Source of the DNA: Balanoglossus misakiensis
Lineage: Eukaryota > Animalia > Hemichordata
Assembly: GCA_040954595.2 (NCBI GenBank)
Contig: CM082579.2
Coordinates: 12,215,834 to 12,279,833 of the forward strand
DNA: 64,000 nucleotides
Reading direction: 5' to 3'
The position numbers and the translations under genes were made by a program. The stretch's first letter is position 1, and every line of letters begins with the position of its first letter. A model generated the notes under the pieces. It searched no databases, was not told the origin of the DNA, and was given only the letters and a program-made list of their open reading frames with translations. Positions 13,983 through 28,370 of this stretch are shown here, in pieces.

Positions 13983-15895
13983 TATTACCAACGAACTCAG
14001 AAAACCGTCAAAATTTACGAAAATGTCCCACGCAAACAACTATAGGGCCCCGGAACTTGTGTTTCGCAAAATGTTGTATTCACTGAACTGTATGCTAATA
14101 TTACTATTCAGATTTACGGGCATGTAAACAAACCATTACTGAGTATTTGTGGTCAGTCACGTCGTTCATCTCGACCAATTAAAATGCGGCGTACAGGTCA
14201 TGGTAATATAATAAAAAATCAAACTTAATTTGGATTGATTGATATCAAACAGTCCTATGTATAAAAACAAACAGTCCTATGTATAAAAAATAAAAAAATG
14301 CAAAAAGACGCAGTGTTTTACATGACGATGGTTAGAAGATCGTTTCTGATGATAGTTTAACGAATGGAAACGTAATTGTGAAAAATGTTTCGATAGAAGG
14401 ATGGAAGTAGTAGTTTTGATTACACCACAGAGATTTATTCAGGGAAAGTGGAGAAATATTTATATGATAGAAACTGAATAAGTTTGTTGTTTGTCAACTC
14501 TTTTGTCTTTCTCTTACGGATACGCGCATACTTCTAGTGCACATACAGTATAAACAATAGCACAGTTCTTATATACATGATAAGATGCGCCCCTTTGGGT
14601 AGGAAGAGTTCACCAAAAGAGGGCGAATGGTGCGAGCAGAGCAGCCTGCTGAGTGTATCGGTAAAAGAAAGCTTAGAATCGTACCGGTAAGAGAAAGACT
14701 GACCAACAACTCTTTCAGTTTCTTTCATACCTACGAGAAAAATTATGAAAAGTAAACTCACCCTGTGATTTTGGCTGTTTCGGTGGCGTGAAAAAATGCC
14801 TAACATATCACAGGGAATTATGTCAGTGGCGGCGCTGTTCATTTGAAGGAAATTCTCATTAGCATATGCAAATAGGGTAGCCGTGTTTCAGAGTGTTAGG
14901 CCGTGTTTCAAATCGTATGACGCAGAGACGTTGATCTGCCGAATGTAATACAGGATTTTACGATGCATTTTCATTGATTGCCCGAATATCATTCATATCA
15001 CACATATGCATACAATAAACAACAAACCGGGTCTAAATAATTTTTTTTTATTTTTACATAACAGGTATACGTTCACCTACATGTATGCACATTTAGCTAC
15101 AGTAACCATGATGGCAAAGTGAGATCTATCCAATCACAAATTTTCAGTGGTTGGCACACGCAAAAAGAGCGCCACTATCACATTTTAGCCATTTGTAGAC
15201 ATATGTAAATTGGAGGAGAACGTGTAGATTTAAACTAAAGTGAAAACTGTTTTGCAAAGTTAGCTATCACTGCACTAAAAGTACAGCTAATTTGTGATCA
15301 GACGTTTCATTCAGTTCTGTGGGTGCGTTTCCGTTAATGAGGTGGCGCGTATCATCAACCAGCTAAATCAACCCTAAAACAATGTAAAATTGGCATTTAA
15401 CATATAACGCAGATATCGAAGTGTATAATATAATAAGGGTATGCATCGTAAATACGGTCCGGTATGAACTCGGGCTCAGTGAGTGACTTATTGGTCTAAT
15501 AATATTGAATAACACCTTATTATGCACAATACAAACTAGTGTGACAAGTACTAAAACCGTTAGTTGTACTTAAACTCGTTCATATACACAGTTGATTAAA
15601 AATATACATTTACATAAAAAAATTGCAATAGTGTCTACAGCAACAAAATGTTAGAATTTTCACATGAATAAGGGTCATAAACAAACGCACAAACACACTA
15701 TTTAATAATTCATATCAAATATATAAGCCATCATTTTTTCTCTTAAACACAATGTTTACCATATAAAAACAACATACGATTAACCAACGATGTACAATAT
15801 AATATAACACTAGACTGCAAACAATCAGTTGTGCCAAATTCTACCCACAGCCCTCCCTCAAAAGACTAGTAATGATCACCGTTTTAACATAATCA

Positions 15896-17892
15896 ATGGA
15901 CAAAGTCTCTCTCTCGCTGCACTTTTTTCCATTATTTATGTTCGACACAAGACACCTTTTATGTTATTTGACATGTGGATATACATGTGTAGTGAATCAA
16001 CCTTTGACCACACACAACTTCCATCCCACTTGCAGATACGAGACAATCTGATTAAAATCAGATGTAGGGAACGGCGACTTGGTTATTTTATGATGTCGCC
16101 TCACACTACATCTGACCAACTCTCAATGGAGATCCCGCTGAACTCTACGAGAATTACTGGGAATCTAATCCAATCAGAAGGCGCCTTATAGCAAATGATA
16201 GACAACCCACAATCGCATGACCTGGCCCCTTGCGGTTGTTACCATGGAGCTACCACAGACATATATCCCGGGCGCGAGAGTGGAATCAGCGTGGGGAATG
16301 GTTTCGAGCCAGTTCAGCGTGACGACTGAACCTCTATATTCCACCGGTCAACGAAATGTATAAGACGTGGCAACAAGTCGCAGTAAAATAGAGAATCGAT
16401 TACATTTGTGTAAGGCCGTCCCAGGGAGAGATTCTGTCGCCACGATCGTTTGTATACACCAGAGTGTACCGACCTACTGCACTGAGTTGACTAGCTCTGC
16501 GTGCAGGTCTGCGTGTTCCCGGCGTTACACGGATGTTAGAAGAAGTTAATCGCATCATATTTGGGGTCGGTTGAAGTAGACAGGGAAAGGTTTTTGCTTC
16601 GATAAAATCGAATTTCGACAGAAAAAGCTGCGGTCGGGCGTCCGGGTCCGGACCGCAGACGCACCAGTTTTGTCTATGGGGCCTTATGCAGGGCTGTGGT
16701 GCGTCGGGAACACACAGACCTGAACGCGGAGCAATGATGACTTGACATTCCTTAGCCGAAGTTAGCGTTCTTTTTAAAAATCTGTCACATAAATTGTTTT
16801 GGGATACATGGCAGTGAAATTTGGTTTATTTTTTATAAACTTTTACATGAAGTACGTCATTTTCCCGACTGGCAGCATGACTACGAGGGCGAACATGACG
16901 ACTTGTTAGGAGAGTTTATAAATGATCAACGACAGTTCATCATTTGTATATGGCTACAGCTCGACGTTTCACTGCTCTGCGAAAACCCCTCGTATACGAT
17001 GACGCCAAACAAAGAAAGATATCATGGGATTACATGTAATTGTTCACAAGAGAAAGCCAATCTTTCGTATTCTGTGCGATACTCGAAGTGAACAACAACA
17101 TTTCTCCCATCTCCCAGTGCAATTCTTTAGTCAGCATAACACGCAATCTGATTGGCCGGATCGGAACGCGAGAGTTCAGCGGGATCTCCATTGAGAGTTG
17201 GTCAGATGTAGTGTGAGGCGACAGCATAAAAAAACCAAGTCGCCGTTCCCTACATCTGATTTTAATCAGATTGGATACGAGAGTAAAACATCTCTTATAT
17301 ATACGAGAGTAAAAAAATCACCAAAATAAATAAACGGTCTCTACAGTCTATTCGAGCATGAGCTTCAATTGTCACCAATGTGTACATGCGCAAGTGTGTG
17401 TTACCGTCTGGAACTGGTAAACGTAAACGTACGTGGTCGCCCACAACTCACTGCATCGTGGTAGCTGAGTGTGCGCTCGCGCGTATATTCACTGAGTATG
17501 TGTAGCGGTATCCCAAGAACTGAAGATAGGACGTGAATTGTGTAGCCCTATATTCAGATTCTGCGATTTGTTCTAAAGCACGTATATGTGAAATCAAAGC
17601 GAGGCTAGGAACGTCAGCTCCATGGAATTCTAAAATAATCGACTATTACTGATTTTCAAGTCGGACTTCACTCGGTGATTTTACATTGTTTGCCACTGAG
17701 CGGGGTTCAAAATGGCGGCTTGTACAAATCGCGCATACGGCCAGATGTATTAAATTCACTAATCTTAGTGTAATTGGCAAAACATAGTTCATGGTAATCT
17801 TCAAGCCATGGATGGTCATCATATGAGTCACTTATATTGATTCGGAGTAGGTATTTAATGGATTTTTGACATAAAAGAGAGACTTTGTCCAT
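15896..17892. mobile_element. Longer member of the (A)TGGACAAAGTCTCTCT MITE family (non-autonomous Kolobok-like), interrupted by a nested element
   Basis: Left end ATGGACAAAGTCTCTCTCTCGC, right end AGAGACTTTGTCCAT|TTAA. Left arm 15896-16043 plus 17274-17340 is collinear with 30499-30665. Confidence 0.6.
16044..17273. mobile_element. Non-autonomous TIR transposon with 9-bp TSD (Mutator-like)
   Basis: About 105-bp near-identical TIRs starting CAATCTGATTAAAATCAGATGTAGGGAACGGCGACTTGG. TSD GATACGAGA at 16035-16043 and 17274-17282. Confidence 0.85.
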
Positions 17893-18593
17893 TTAAAACA
17901 AACAGAGCCGCCAGTTGTCCCTCAGACCGTTGTACCACATTATACATGGGCACAGTCTCATAGATAATGCCCTCTCGACCACAATTTTATGCCGTGTTCT
18001 AAATATGAATTTGTTCAAAACTCTTGAACTTACCGGGTATACAATGTTTTCTACAGGTTTTACTTATTGTGAACCAACTTCGATAAAAGACACATGTAGC
18101 TGTTTTCGCCCTTTTCCAAATTGCTCATACGTAACTATTTCAGTAATTGGCTTGAATAAAGGTATTCGAGTCTATCGAAAAATTGCCTGTCAGCCAACAA
18201 TTCTCTCTTAGATTCACAGTTAAAAAATCTACTTGGTTATACATGCATGATTTACATTGATGAAAAGTGGTACAGCGTTTACAGTGATCAAACTGGAAGT
18301 GAAACATTTGCCAGTCTCTTAATTACATGCGATTTTTGAAACTGTTGCTATGAATAGTATGGACCTTGCTGTGCTCACGCGTGAGAGGATATCCGGGCGC
18401 TTGAAGAGAGGCTATTTGTGATATATTATCAAACTTATGGTATATTTTTATTCTTTGTTAGAGTTGCACTCTTAAAATTAACATAGTAAGATGTGTTCTA
18501 CAGGACATCAGCGCCATATTTAAATATCCTAGCATCAAATACAAGCTAACCATTTACTGGAACCGTTTTGGACTTTTGTTTTAATTGATATTA

Positions 18594-18996
18594 TTAGAAT
18601 ATTGATGTAAAAGACTTCCACAACCTTCTTGGAATACGTGTGAGCTTCGTCAAATTTGAATCACTTTCAGAAATTGGATAAAGAACTACCAACCATGTAC
18701 CGTTTTTTAAAATGTAAGCTAACAACGATGGGTCTTGTTTACATTTTTTCATGTCCTCTCGGTTCCAGATATAATCAGGAATATCATTATCGGGCGTTTG
18801 AGGGATTCCTTCCTCACTTAATTGCTTGGACAACGCTTGGTTGATCTCACTTTCATGTGTAAATCCTACAACTCTGACCACTTGCATTGCGTTCTCCTTC
18901 TGTAATTTGTTGATACGTGATCTGATAATGTCGAGCCGTTCTTTTGGGAGCATTGCCTGGCCATTGTTCACTGTGACGGGAAGGTCTTTACTATCT
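18594..18996 (-). CDS. Putative alternative terminal exon B of the minus-strand gene (variable module copy 2)
   Basis: Acceptor tgctttgttcgcAG|a, phase 2. Frame DSKDLPVTVNNGQ...VVRVVGFTHESEINQAL...KKCKQDPSLLAYILKNGTW...SIF*. AATAAA on the minus strand at 18447-18452. Confidence 0.65.
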
Positions 18997-20927
18997 CTGC
19001 GAACAAAGCATCACACGGAATATTAGTCTAGTTTAATATGGTCGCTGATATCATAGTTCAAGCACAGACATTGTTAAACAAAATTTTCATATCGATTGTG
19101 CATTCAGATGTGTGATAATGTGAAATAGACAAAATCAGATAGCGAGCCACTAAATATCTGTTAAAGAATGTCAATGGAAATTTTTTTTAAATGGTCGCCA
19201 ATACTAATAATCTCATCCACAAGATAACAACTGAAAAACACTAATGTTAATTCAGATTAAAATATTTGAAACAATAAACAGTGGAAAGCGTGATTTGCAA
19301 AGTATTTATGGTTACTAAACTAGATACGGGGTAAATACAGGATCAAAAGCACAATCTAGCGTGTAAATTCTATGATTTTTGATCCTCTCCTACCGGTCTT
19401 AAAGGGTAAGTTCTGACAAGCCTAAAACCACATTGCATTGGTTCTTACTTAAGTCTTCCTCACTTCTGATTATGTTTGAGGCAAAAATTGTGATGTGCAA
19501 TGCATGTGTCTGTGAAATAGGCGCATAAAAATTGTATACCAGGGCAAAATGAAAAAACCCCTGTGCAACCATTTGGCAACTGCATGCTGGGAAAAGTATG
19601 CGGATGATGACCTTAAAAAGTTTCGGGGTTCCGTGCAGTGCTAGGGGTCCCATAACTAGGGGGCCTTTTAGAAACTTTTCACTATGGCCTACTGTGAACT
19701 ATATATGAAACGAAGACATCTGAAACAGACGGCTATGTACGCCATAAATATTAATGTTGCATTAACGATAGTGAACGAGACACAAACTTTATACTGACAA
19801 GGTCTTCTACATAAAATGACGGCTCTGCAAATAATGGTTCGATTTCAAGGACGACAACATCGACTGTAGGTATTCGTTTTTAGAGAAGGAAGACATGTTA
19901 ATTCTGTTGTATTCCTGTTTACGACCACGATCACTCACCAACTGCATCTAAAACCTACCTTACAATAAAATGTGGCTGTCGAACGTTAGTCCCAACTATA
20001 ACGTCGATACACAAGACGATAAAGATGTTTACTATGTGGCCTACTGGCCTCGTTTATCGCGCTGTCTTTGAAGGGCGTCCTCTTTTTGAAAAAGGCGTAC
20101 CGTGTACTCAACGTTGGAGTCCGTCGAGTACCCGAGTGACGTCAACAGGATGGCTACGCCCATGAGATGTTGATCCCAAAAGTTGCAGCTTGGAATTTCG
20201 CGTCTCGTTACGGACGTTGGCATGTTTGAACCACGCGGAGTTTCGTCATGTGTTTCAGAGAAGACACAATTCGTGTGTGAACATTTCGCGTGTAATTTCC
20301 GACGCGTGTTCAAGAGTTCAGAGCACCTCAACGGTAAGGTTTTAATTATGACCATACAGAAAGTTCTATTTGTGAACACTTACTTTTAGCTGATTACAGT
20401 TTTGATAGCTTGAAGCTGATATTTTCATATGTTTCGCAGTGTGTATTTGATATTGATGTTGCAGTGTATCTGTATTTTTTATATCTTTGGCCGCCGTAGT
20501 TTCGAAGAATGACGTCATACTTCTTGCGTGATTCTCGCAATTTTCATTAATTTTGACATCGTTATCTTTACTTCCAGTTTACGAAGCTCTAAAAAGTTTA
20601 GGGTCGGCGGGCTAAAATTAGTTTAGGTAGGGTATTTGGAACAGCACATATTTTTTATTTGGCCTGAAGCCAACGACAAACAAGAACCATGTGCCCCAGC
20701 TCGAGAAATTTATTTGGTTGAGTTTCCGTACGGTCTGTAAAACTCCCGCGACGAGAAGCCGATGGTTACATGACCATTATGTTTTAATCGCTTTATAAGC
20801 TTTGAGTTACCAGTAGACTAACTGGACTTTGCAAAGATAAGAAAGGCATTCTGGGATAGGGTTTCAACGAAAAGCAACACCCTCACGCGCAATCGCAGCG
20901 CTATGACAACCGTCCATCACAGTTTTT

Positions 20928-21640
20928 TACAAATTGAACTAAATTATACCATACCGGTTTTCTGCCCCTTTTTTCGGTTCTTCATCACTTAGTAATGACC
21001 AGGTTTGGTCTGTCGCAACTACATCTGTTGGAGAACTGAAAAAAGTATAGGAAACATTTATAAAACGTTAACAATTATCTTATGATAGGGAGGGGTAACA
21101 CTTAACAAAAGTCTTGTTTTGCCCTGTTCCATGTTTCAGATTCTTTCACTAATCAAGTGCAACAAGCGATCTACAAATTGAACTAAATTATACCATACCG
21201 GTTTTCTGCCCCTTTTTTCGGTTCTTCATCACTTAGTAATGTAGAGGTTTGGTCTGTCGCAACTACATCTGTTGGAGAACTGAAAAAATATAGGAAACAT
21301 TTCTAAAACGTTAACAATTATCTTATGATAGGGAGGGGTAACACTTAACAAAAGTATGTTTTGACATGTTCCATGTTTGACATTTTCACACAAAAACACT
21401 AATCAAGTAAAACAAGCGATCTACAAATTGTACTAAATTATACCATACCAGCGTCCAGTACTGTTTTTCGGTGATTCACCACTAGGCAATGCATAAATAT
21501 GATCTGTTGCTGCCATATCTGTTGCAGAACTGAAAAATATCGAAAAAAATAAAACGTTACACATTATCTTATGATAAAGAATGGTTAACACTTAAAGTCT
21601 GTTTTGTCACGTTCCATGTTTGATATTCTCACACAAAAAC
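20928..21640. repeat. Tandem repeat, about 3 units of 244-250 bp
   Basis: TACAAATTG(A/T)ACTAAATTATACCATACC recurs at 20928, 21172 and 21422, with collinear downstream sequence. Confidence 0.9.
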
Positions 21641-22099
21641 AATAATTATTGTAAATGTCAAACAAGGAACCTAGCGGCCAATATAGCTCCGCTGTGATAC
21701 TTTGCATTATGAGCAAGATAACGGCTTTAGACTTTTCAAGACAAGTTTATTTTCAAACTATTACAGTAAATGAGTGTATACCGGACAGGGACAGGTATTA
21801 CTATCAGAGATGTCTTAGCCAAACCTTGTACGCAAATGTTCTGAACCGTGTTTCAACTTACATGCTAAGTTAGAAAGGAAAATCAAACAGATTAGAAAAT
21901 AAGAAATTTGATGTGTAGCCATATACAAAAAGAGCAAGAGTGTAACCAGGATCACGGAATTTTAAGACGTTAATAAATACCCTTTATTAAACCATTATTT
22001 GATACCATCACTACTGACGTTTGCAAAATAGACTGCCGCCGTTTTTGCTAACTCGGGCCCAGAGTAATTCCTGCTATGTCACCGTATCGTGACAACCAA

Positions 22100-22520
22100 A
22101 CAGGCAACGATCTTCCGTGTACTGTTTTTAGCATCTCGCATGTGATGAGGTATATTATATTTTTGGACGTACATGTGTTGTGTAGTGCCATGCTTATTGT
22201 TATAAGTGTGGCTTTGAAAGTGTTTGGTGTGGAGTATTTGCAAATGTTGTATCCCCTAGTCGAATTACATTTTGCAGAAGCCTGTTGGAGTAGATGTATA
22301 TCGCTAAGGACTAGGACTTTTGTTGCGACGATAAACGATGATGGGAATCCCCGAGATGGCAATTTTGCAGCGAGTTTATTATATATATTGTAGAATGTGA
22401 AAATGACATTTGACAATTTCTTTGATATTGGGATTGTGCATGAACGTTGGTCAATGGTTTGGGTGGCGTTGGCGAACCCTTTAACTAAAGTGTACCGTAA
22501 GACTTAGACAATTGTAACGT
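22100..22520 (-). mobile_element. Penelope-like element fragment (GIY-YIG endonuclease region)
   Basis: Minus-strand KCNSTRGYNICKY...NTCTSKNIIYLITCE matches the Cys cluster and TCxSxNxIYxITC motif preceding the GIY-YIG domain. Decayed. Confidence 0.65.
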
Positions 22521-22682
22521 ACATTTCGATGCTATTCTGTTTGATACACAAAAACATTAAATTGTCTGTTCTGTTTTGTAATACACTGCATTGAACAATA
22601 AAACGAAGATAGCAAATAAGAAAACGGTGACTTTTTACTCTGAAATCAAAAAGTTAGGAGCACTTTTGAAATTAACATGCAA

Positions 22683-23091
22683 TTACCATGAAATTGAGGT
22701 GCGGTAAAATGAAAAATATACAAACCATTCTTCATCTTTGCATGATGGACAAGGCTTTATTGTCTCCACATCTATGGTCCAGCAATCACCATCCTTACAT
22801 ACAAACACAATATTGCTTCCAGATCTGTCATTTTTGCACTCCTTGTATTCTTTGAGTTCAATAATGTACGTTTTCAAATTTGTTGAATGTTGAAATAAAT
22901 TCTTGTTTTGTAACATTTCGATAAATTTCTTATCTACTTGTCCTTTGCTATCAAAAGCATGGATAGCAACAACTTTCTTTGCTTTTTCTTTTTCATTTAT
23001 CCAAAACTTTATCAGCTCGTGAGTGTGTGTGTCACAATAATTTTTCAATGAAGTGGCGTTTTCATCGGAACTACTGTCTGATTTCAGATCA
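22683..23091 (-). CDS. Exon A (variable module copy 1) of the minus-strand gene, terminal or internal
   Basis: Acceptor tttattttgtttcAG|t is phase 2, matching the phase-2 donor of exon 2 (AT+T=Ile). Frame DLKSDSS...VVAIHAFDSKGQVDKKF...KECKNDRSGSNIVFVCKDG...ISW*. A possible donor TG|GTAATT lies at 22687/22686. Confidence 0.75.
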
Positions 23092-25810
23092 CTGAAACAA
23101 AATAAAGATGACATTCATATAAATATACATACGCAAGTGGTGCTTCCGGTACACACACTGTACATACCAAGGATTTAACAAGAAAAAGTACACATTATTA
23201 AAACAAGAACATTTAAATTCTAAACATTTATTTTATAACATGCAGCGCACTGATATTTTAAAACTGTCTTCATTCACAACTCGCGCTATGTGAAGCGCAG
23301 CAGGTATATAAAACTATATGTATTGGGGATTTAGGATAAGCCTAATCCAAGTGTCCCGCTCCTCGTACGAAGTGCCAGGATTAAAGATTCACCAAACATA
23401 AGCTAGAACCAGATTCACATTCATTTCAATTGTGTCGATTCACCGAAACAGATAACTATATTCCGCATAGACAATATATATTTAGTAGACATCGAGTCCA
23501 GTCTTGAATTAACCAAGAACAAACATTGTCAATAAAGAAGGGAAAATAGCTAAGGAAATTGGGTACAAGTAGCCTTAGTAGGTGAAAAATCCTATGTTCT
23601 TGTAAAGATTGTACTTTAGGCAAGATCTGGGGATGCCAAATAAGTTGTTTACAACTATAGCCTTTTATGTGACTAATCATTCAAGCGTGTAAGCTAACGC
23701 TCTATAAACTATACATCAATGTAAATAAAGAAATTGCCGTTCATATAAATAAAAATGCACCATGCTGAACTAAAATACATAGCACTAGTACAGCAATCAC
23801 TCATCTGAAGTATGGCGTGAAAATTTACTTTATCATTATGTTCTCATAATTGACCCTTCACGATTGGGGGTACCGTGCACTGAATTATAACATGCTTCTC
23901 CTAATGACGAGGTCAAAAAAAGGTCAAGGTGTTCATGCTCAAATAATTGCAGGTTCAAACCCAATTTCAATCCCAAAAATAGCGGTTTTGCCAGATTAAA
24001 ACCACAGGTGTTTTTCTTTGATTGAGTAGTTATTTGTTAAGTTGAAAAGTTGTGTATTTTGGTATTGTTCTTTTGACAATAGGTGTCTAACTTGGTTGCT
24101 GTTTGTGTTTTACTATTAGTGGAGTGGCATACCCAAAATTTCATATCGATTGTGCATTTCGTGAGAAGAGCACCAAACTTGGCTCAGATGTTTGTTACCG
24201 TGTAATAAACAAATTCAGATATAGATAGGCACTAAATATCTGTTAACGGGTTACCATGGCAACCATTTTTCAAAATGGCCGCCATTTCAGATAATCTCAC
24301 CCTGCAAATAACGACTACAGAACACTGGTGACCCCGACGTGACGGTAGCTGCTATATGAGGTGTATACAGAGTGAATGGTGCGGGCGAAAACGAAGTGAA
24401 CAGTGTGCCCAGCAGTGAAGAATTACAGTGAAGCCTTGTACCACGTGAAAGTATGCGTGAAGTTGGGAGCACATATGTCTTTGGCTGTGATTTAGAAACT
24501 GTTGCTATAGTGACCAATCCATACTGTGGGCGCCCTAACAGTGGTAATTACAAAACAATATTGATTTGCATACATCTGAAGAGAGTGGGCATTGAGTGAT
24601 TTGAGGTACATGTATAGACTTTGAACTTTTAGCTTAGTAATTTTTTGGACATTTCAAGAAGTTGCGGAGATATTTTCAGGGATATTTTAAAACAAGAACC
24701 GAACTGTTTCATATTTTTGAACAAGCTTATTATGACAGACACCTACCGCAAAGGTAAGCAACCAGTCATCCACCTGAACAATTGAAAATGAGCGCCAGCC
24801 ACCCTCTGGCAAAACAAACTACAGCCATTCCACACCAGCAACTGGCAGACCACTGACTACACAACAACCGCAGACTAAAGCACTGATGTATGAATCCCCC
24901 CAGATGATGTTTCAAATATGAAGAGACATCCGATCACCTCAACCCCTAAAGTTCAGAGCACACAATTGGAAAGCCAGAAAGATTCTACCCAGCATGCCTA
25001 TTCAATAGTTACAACACATGGGTGGTGGCGTAGATGTTCCAGTGCACAACCCAGCTGTGTTGCCCAGTCAGCCTCAACAGTCAGCAGTAACCAGTGGTGA
25101 TTATTGCCTGGTTGGAGGTCCACTTGTGTATAATGCAGGCAGTCAACCACACCCACAGTACAGTGCTACAGGAAATCCGGGTAACATATTCCGAGTCTAT
25201 GAACAACACACAAGTGTGACGGGTACCACATGGTAATATTTGCACACCAACCCACAATATGAGGTCCAACCGAACTACAACAGTCCATCTCACTGTAGCT
25301 TGTCAACAAATTCCAAATGATAACCAGGTCATCAACCAATACCCAATATATATCTCACAATACTGTTTAAAATGGACGCTGCGATCACAGTCGAAGTAGG
25401 CGTTCTTTTCGGGGAAACAAACAAACAAACAAACACACAAACAAACAAACAAACAAACAAATAAATACATAATTTTGATGAACGCGACGCTAATCAACAG
25501 TCGCTCACTTGGCCTGGCGGCGCGTCATACGCAGTATGAAAGTTCCATTTCTTATCGACAGGAACATCGACTGCCAAAGAGTTTAATATACCCTGTATAA
25601 AAGAAGTATTATAGGTGATGAGGCCTTCTTCATCATAGTGGGTGGCCGAATGGCTACTCGTTTCTGTGCACATTGGCGGCAATCGATAAGGCAGGGAAGG
25701 TGTGATGGCAGCGTTGATTCTAAAACGAACAGTTTTGTGGGATATATAGTGAATTTCCGCCTTGTGCAAAGAAAGTTTTGTCCGCACGAAGAGTTAATTT
25801 TGTCCGGCGG

Positions 25811-26135
25811 AATTAGAGTTGTGTCCGACAAAATTAGAGTTGTGTGCAACAAATAAAGGGCTGTGACAGGCAAATTAGAGTTGTGTCCATCAATATGAGA
25901 GTTGTGTCCGACAAATTTAGAGAGTTGTGTCTGGCAAAGTTAGAATTGTGTCCACCAATTACAGCGTTTTGTGTCCACCAATTGGAGAGATTTTCCCGGC
26001 AAAATTAGGTTTGTGTCCAATAAATTAAAAGTTGTTTCCTGCGAAATTAGACTTGTGTTTGGAAAAAATAAAGTTCTGTCCACCAATTAGAAAGTTTTGT
26101 CCAGCGAAATTAAAGTTGTGTCCGCTTAACTAGAG
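25811..26135. repeat. Degenerate 21-23 bp minisatellite (AATTAGAGTTGTGTCCGACAA)
   Basis: About 14 head-to-tail units with no unique spacers. Confidence 0.9.
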
Positions 26136-27539
26136 ATTTTGGCTGTCATTTCCGGAAAGTGTTCCTATATTTAGTGGAGGTCAGGATTCTGAAGTATTGA
26201 AACTGTTGTTAAACCTGTCGGCCATAGAGAAATGGTGACATTTTTAGTGCTAATAAAATTTGCCCGCTTGTATGCGATTGCCTTGGAAGATATCCTGCGT
26301 ACCATTGAAAAATAAAATGGTTGGCATGGTTTTTCAAGATAGACACTTTAAACCTACACAGCAATTAATGCGGGCATTGCAAGACAGCGTTATTTACCGG
26401 CGTCTTGCTATCATGAGGCCTCGTGACATGGGTTTTAAAGCACGTACGTTACAGTAAGAAGGAAGCTGGATTGTTGGAGAAAACCAGGTAAGTATAGAAT
26501 CACCTACAGTTCTCTCGTGGGGCTCTGCAATCCAACCAATCCAAAAAAAACAAAAAAAAACAAAAAAACGGATGAACAAAGACACGCACATGGTTAACTT
26601 AATTTGTTGCAAGTACCATTGATTTGGCATGATTTCCAGAAGGCTCCAAATAGTTCATTTTTTTTTAGAAAATACGACACACCGACCTTGTCTACCGGTA
26701 TTGTCCGATCGGTGAAGTTTCAGAGATTTATCTACGTGAAATGACCAGGGAGATGTACGGAAAATTGTGACGTACGGAAGCTTGCCACTGACTGTAATGC
26801 GATATTTTTGATTGACGGTATTGGAGAGTCGTTCTATCTTCCTAAAAAAATCCTGTTTTACAACGTAATTTTACTGTGAGTTAGTGTCGTTCATTGATTG
26901 AATGTTCAAACAGTGTGTGTACCCGGCAGCGATCAGGCTTTCTCGGCTGTGGCCACTCCATGGCAACGATAGATTGTTTACGCATTACATAAAAAGTCCA
27001 CTTTTCAATTTTGCTGACAGACTGTTTATCGGAAGCGGTGACATTCTAGTTTTATTATTGCTGATAATTTTAATTTGCATATACTAATTTTGAGTAAAAG
27101 TTGTTGAATTTGCAGAGACATAATTCGACCATCGGGAGGATCAGCTCGCATTTATAAATGTGTTGATTTTCGCGGGGATTTGCGTGTTTATTTTGGTATA
27201 GACGATCTTGGTAGCGATGACATCTATACCCAACTAATGTAAAAAGACACTCAGTCGTTTGATAGGCATACTTGTCCTTTTTTATGAGCTGGCTCTCGAT
27301 AATAAATAAATATAAATATAAAATAGATAGTGAACACTTTCTTTGAAAATTCACGTAACGCCTAGTTCGGACCTGTTGAGTGGTGCAAACATCCGAAAAC
27401 AGATGAGTGTAGGATATGTGTCTGGTCACGAGGTACAGTAAGAGGGGGAGGAAACCTGGTAAACAAAAACACCAAGTACAGCTTGCCCTAGTGCTACTGA
27501 CAATAGTGAACAGCAAAAGATTCATTACCACGCAATGAA

Positions 27540-28370
27540 GTACTGTGGTAGAACAGAAAATAACGTGTATAAACTCTTAACGGAGACTTAGAACAGAACA
27601 AACTCTCTTTGGTCACGTTCCATGTTATATATTCTCACACATAAACATAATTTTAAGAATGAAAAATTCTTATCAAACTATCCCCATATGATAAGCAATT
27701 TCACATTAATAATTTTTACAGTAAACACATTGTTTAGCAAACTGATGATGATTAATGTCACATTGCTTTGATAAAAAGTTAGTATAGAATAAACACCATT
27801 CAGAAATTCATCTTTCACAATTATTACAAACTGTACTTAATTATACCATACCTGCTTTCCTCACTTTTATTCACTGGTTCATTTCTAGGCGATGGGGGCA
27901 CTGTGGTAGAACTGAAAAAAATTCACAAAAGTGTATAAACTGTTAAGGGGGGGGGGGGTTTAATAGGACTTAGAAAAAATATATTTTGTCGCGTACCATG
28001 TTATATATTCTGACTCATAAACAATAATTTTAAGAAATAAAACAATCTCATCAAACTAAGGTATATGATGAGCAATTTCACATTAATAATTTTTATACTA
28101 AAAACATTTTTTTAACAAACTGAAGCTTATGATGATTAATGTCACATTGGTTTGATAAAAAAGTTAGTATAGAATAAACACCATTCAGAAATTCATCTAT
28201 CACAATTATTACAAACTGTACTTAATTATACCATACCTGCTTTCCTCACTGTTATTCACTGGTTCATTTCTAGGCGATGGGGGCACTGTGGTAGAACTGA
28301 ACAAATACGCAAAAGTGTATAAACTGTTAAGGAAGGGTAAATCCCATTTATATATTTTCACACATTAACA
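27540..28370. repeat. Tandem repeat with units of about 360-385 bp, related to the 20928-21640 array
   Basis: ACTGTGGTAGAAC at 27542, 27900 and 28285. TACAAACTGTACTTAATTATACCATACC at about 27825 and 28210. Confidence 0.85.

Noticed and set aside
17646-18211. Fourth variable-module exon
   Set aside because: No CK[NQ]DxS motif or clean phase-2 acceptor; partly inside a MITE.
19939-19947. 9-nt microexon (ttttAG|ATGCAGTTG|GTGAGT on the minus strand)
   Set aside because: It creates TGA when joined after exon A or before the first acceptor of exon B; no other support.
25811-26135. CRISPR-like array
   Set aside because: Units are head-to-tail and degenerate with no unique spacers, there are no cas genes, and the context is eukaryotic. 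It is a minisatellite.
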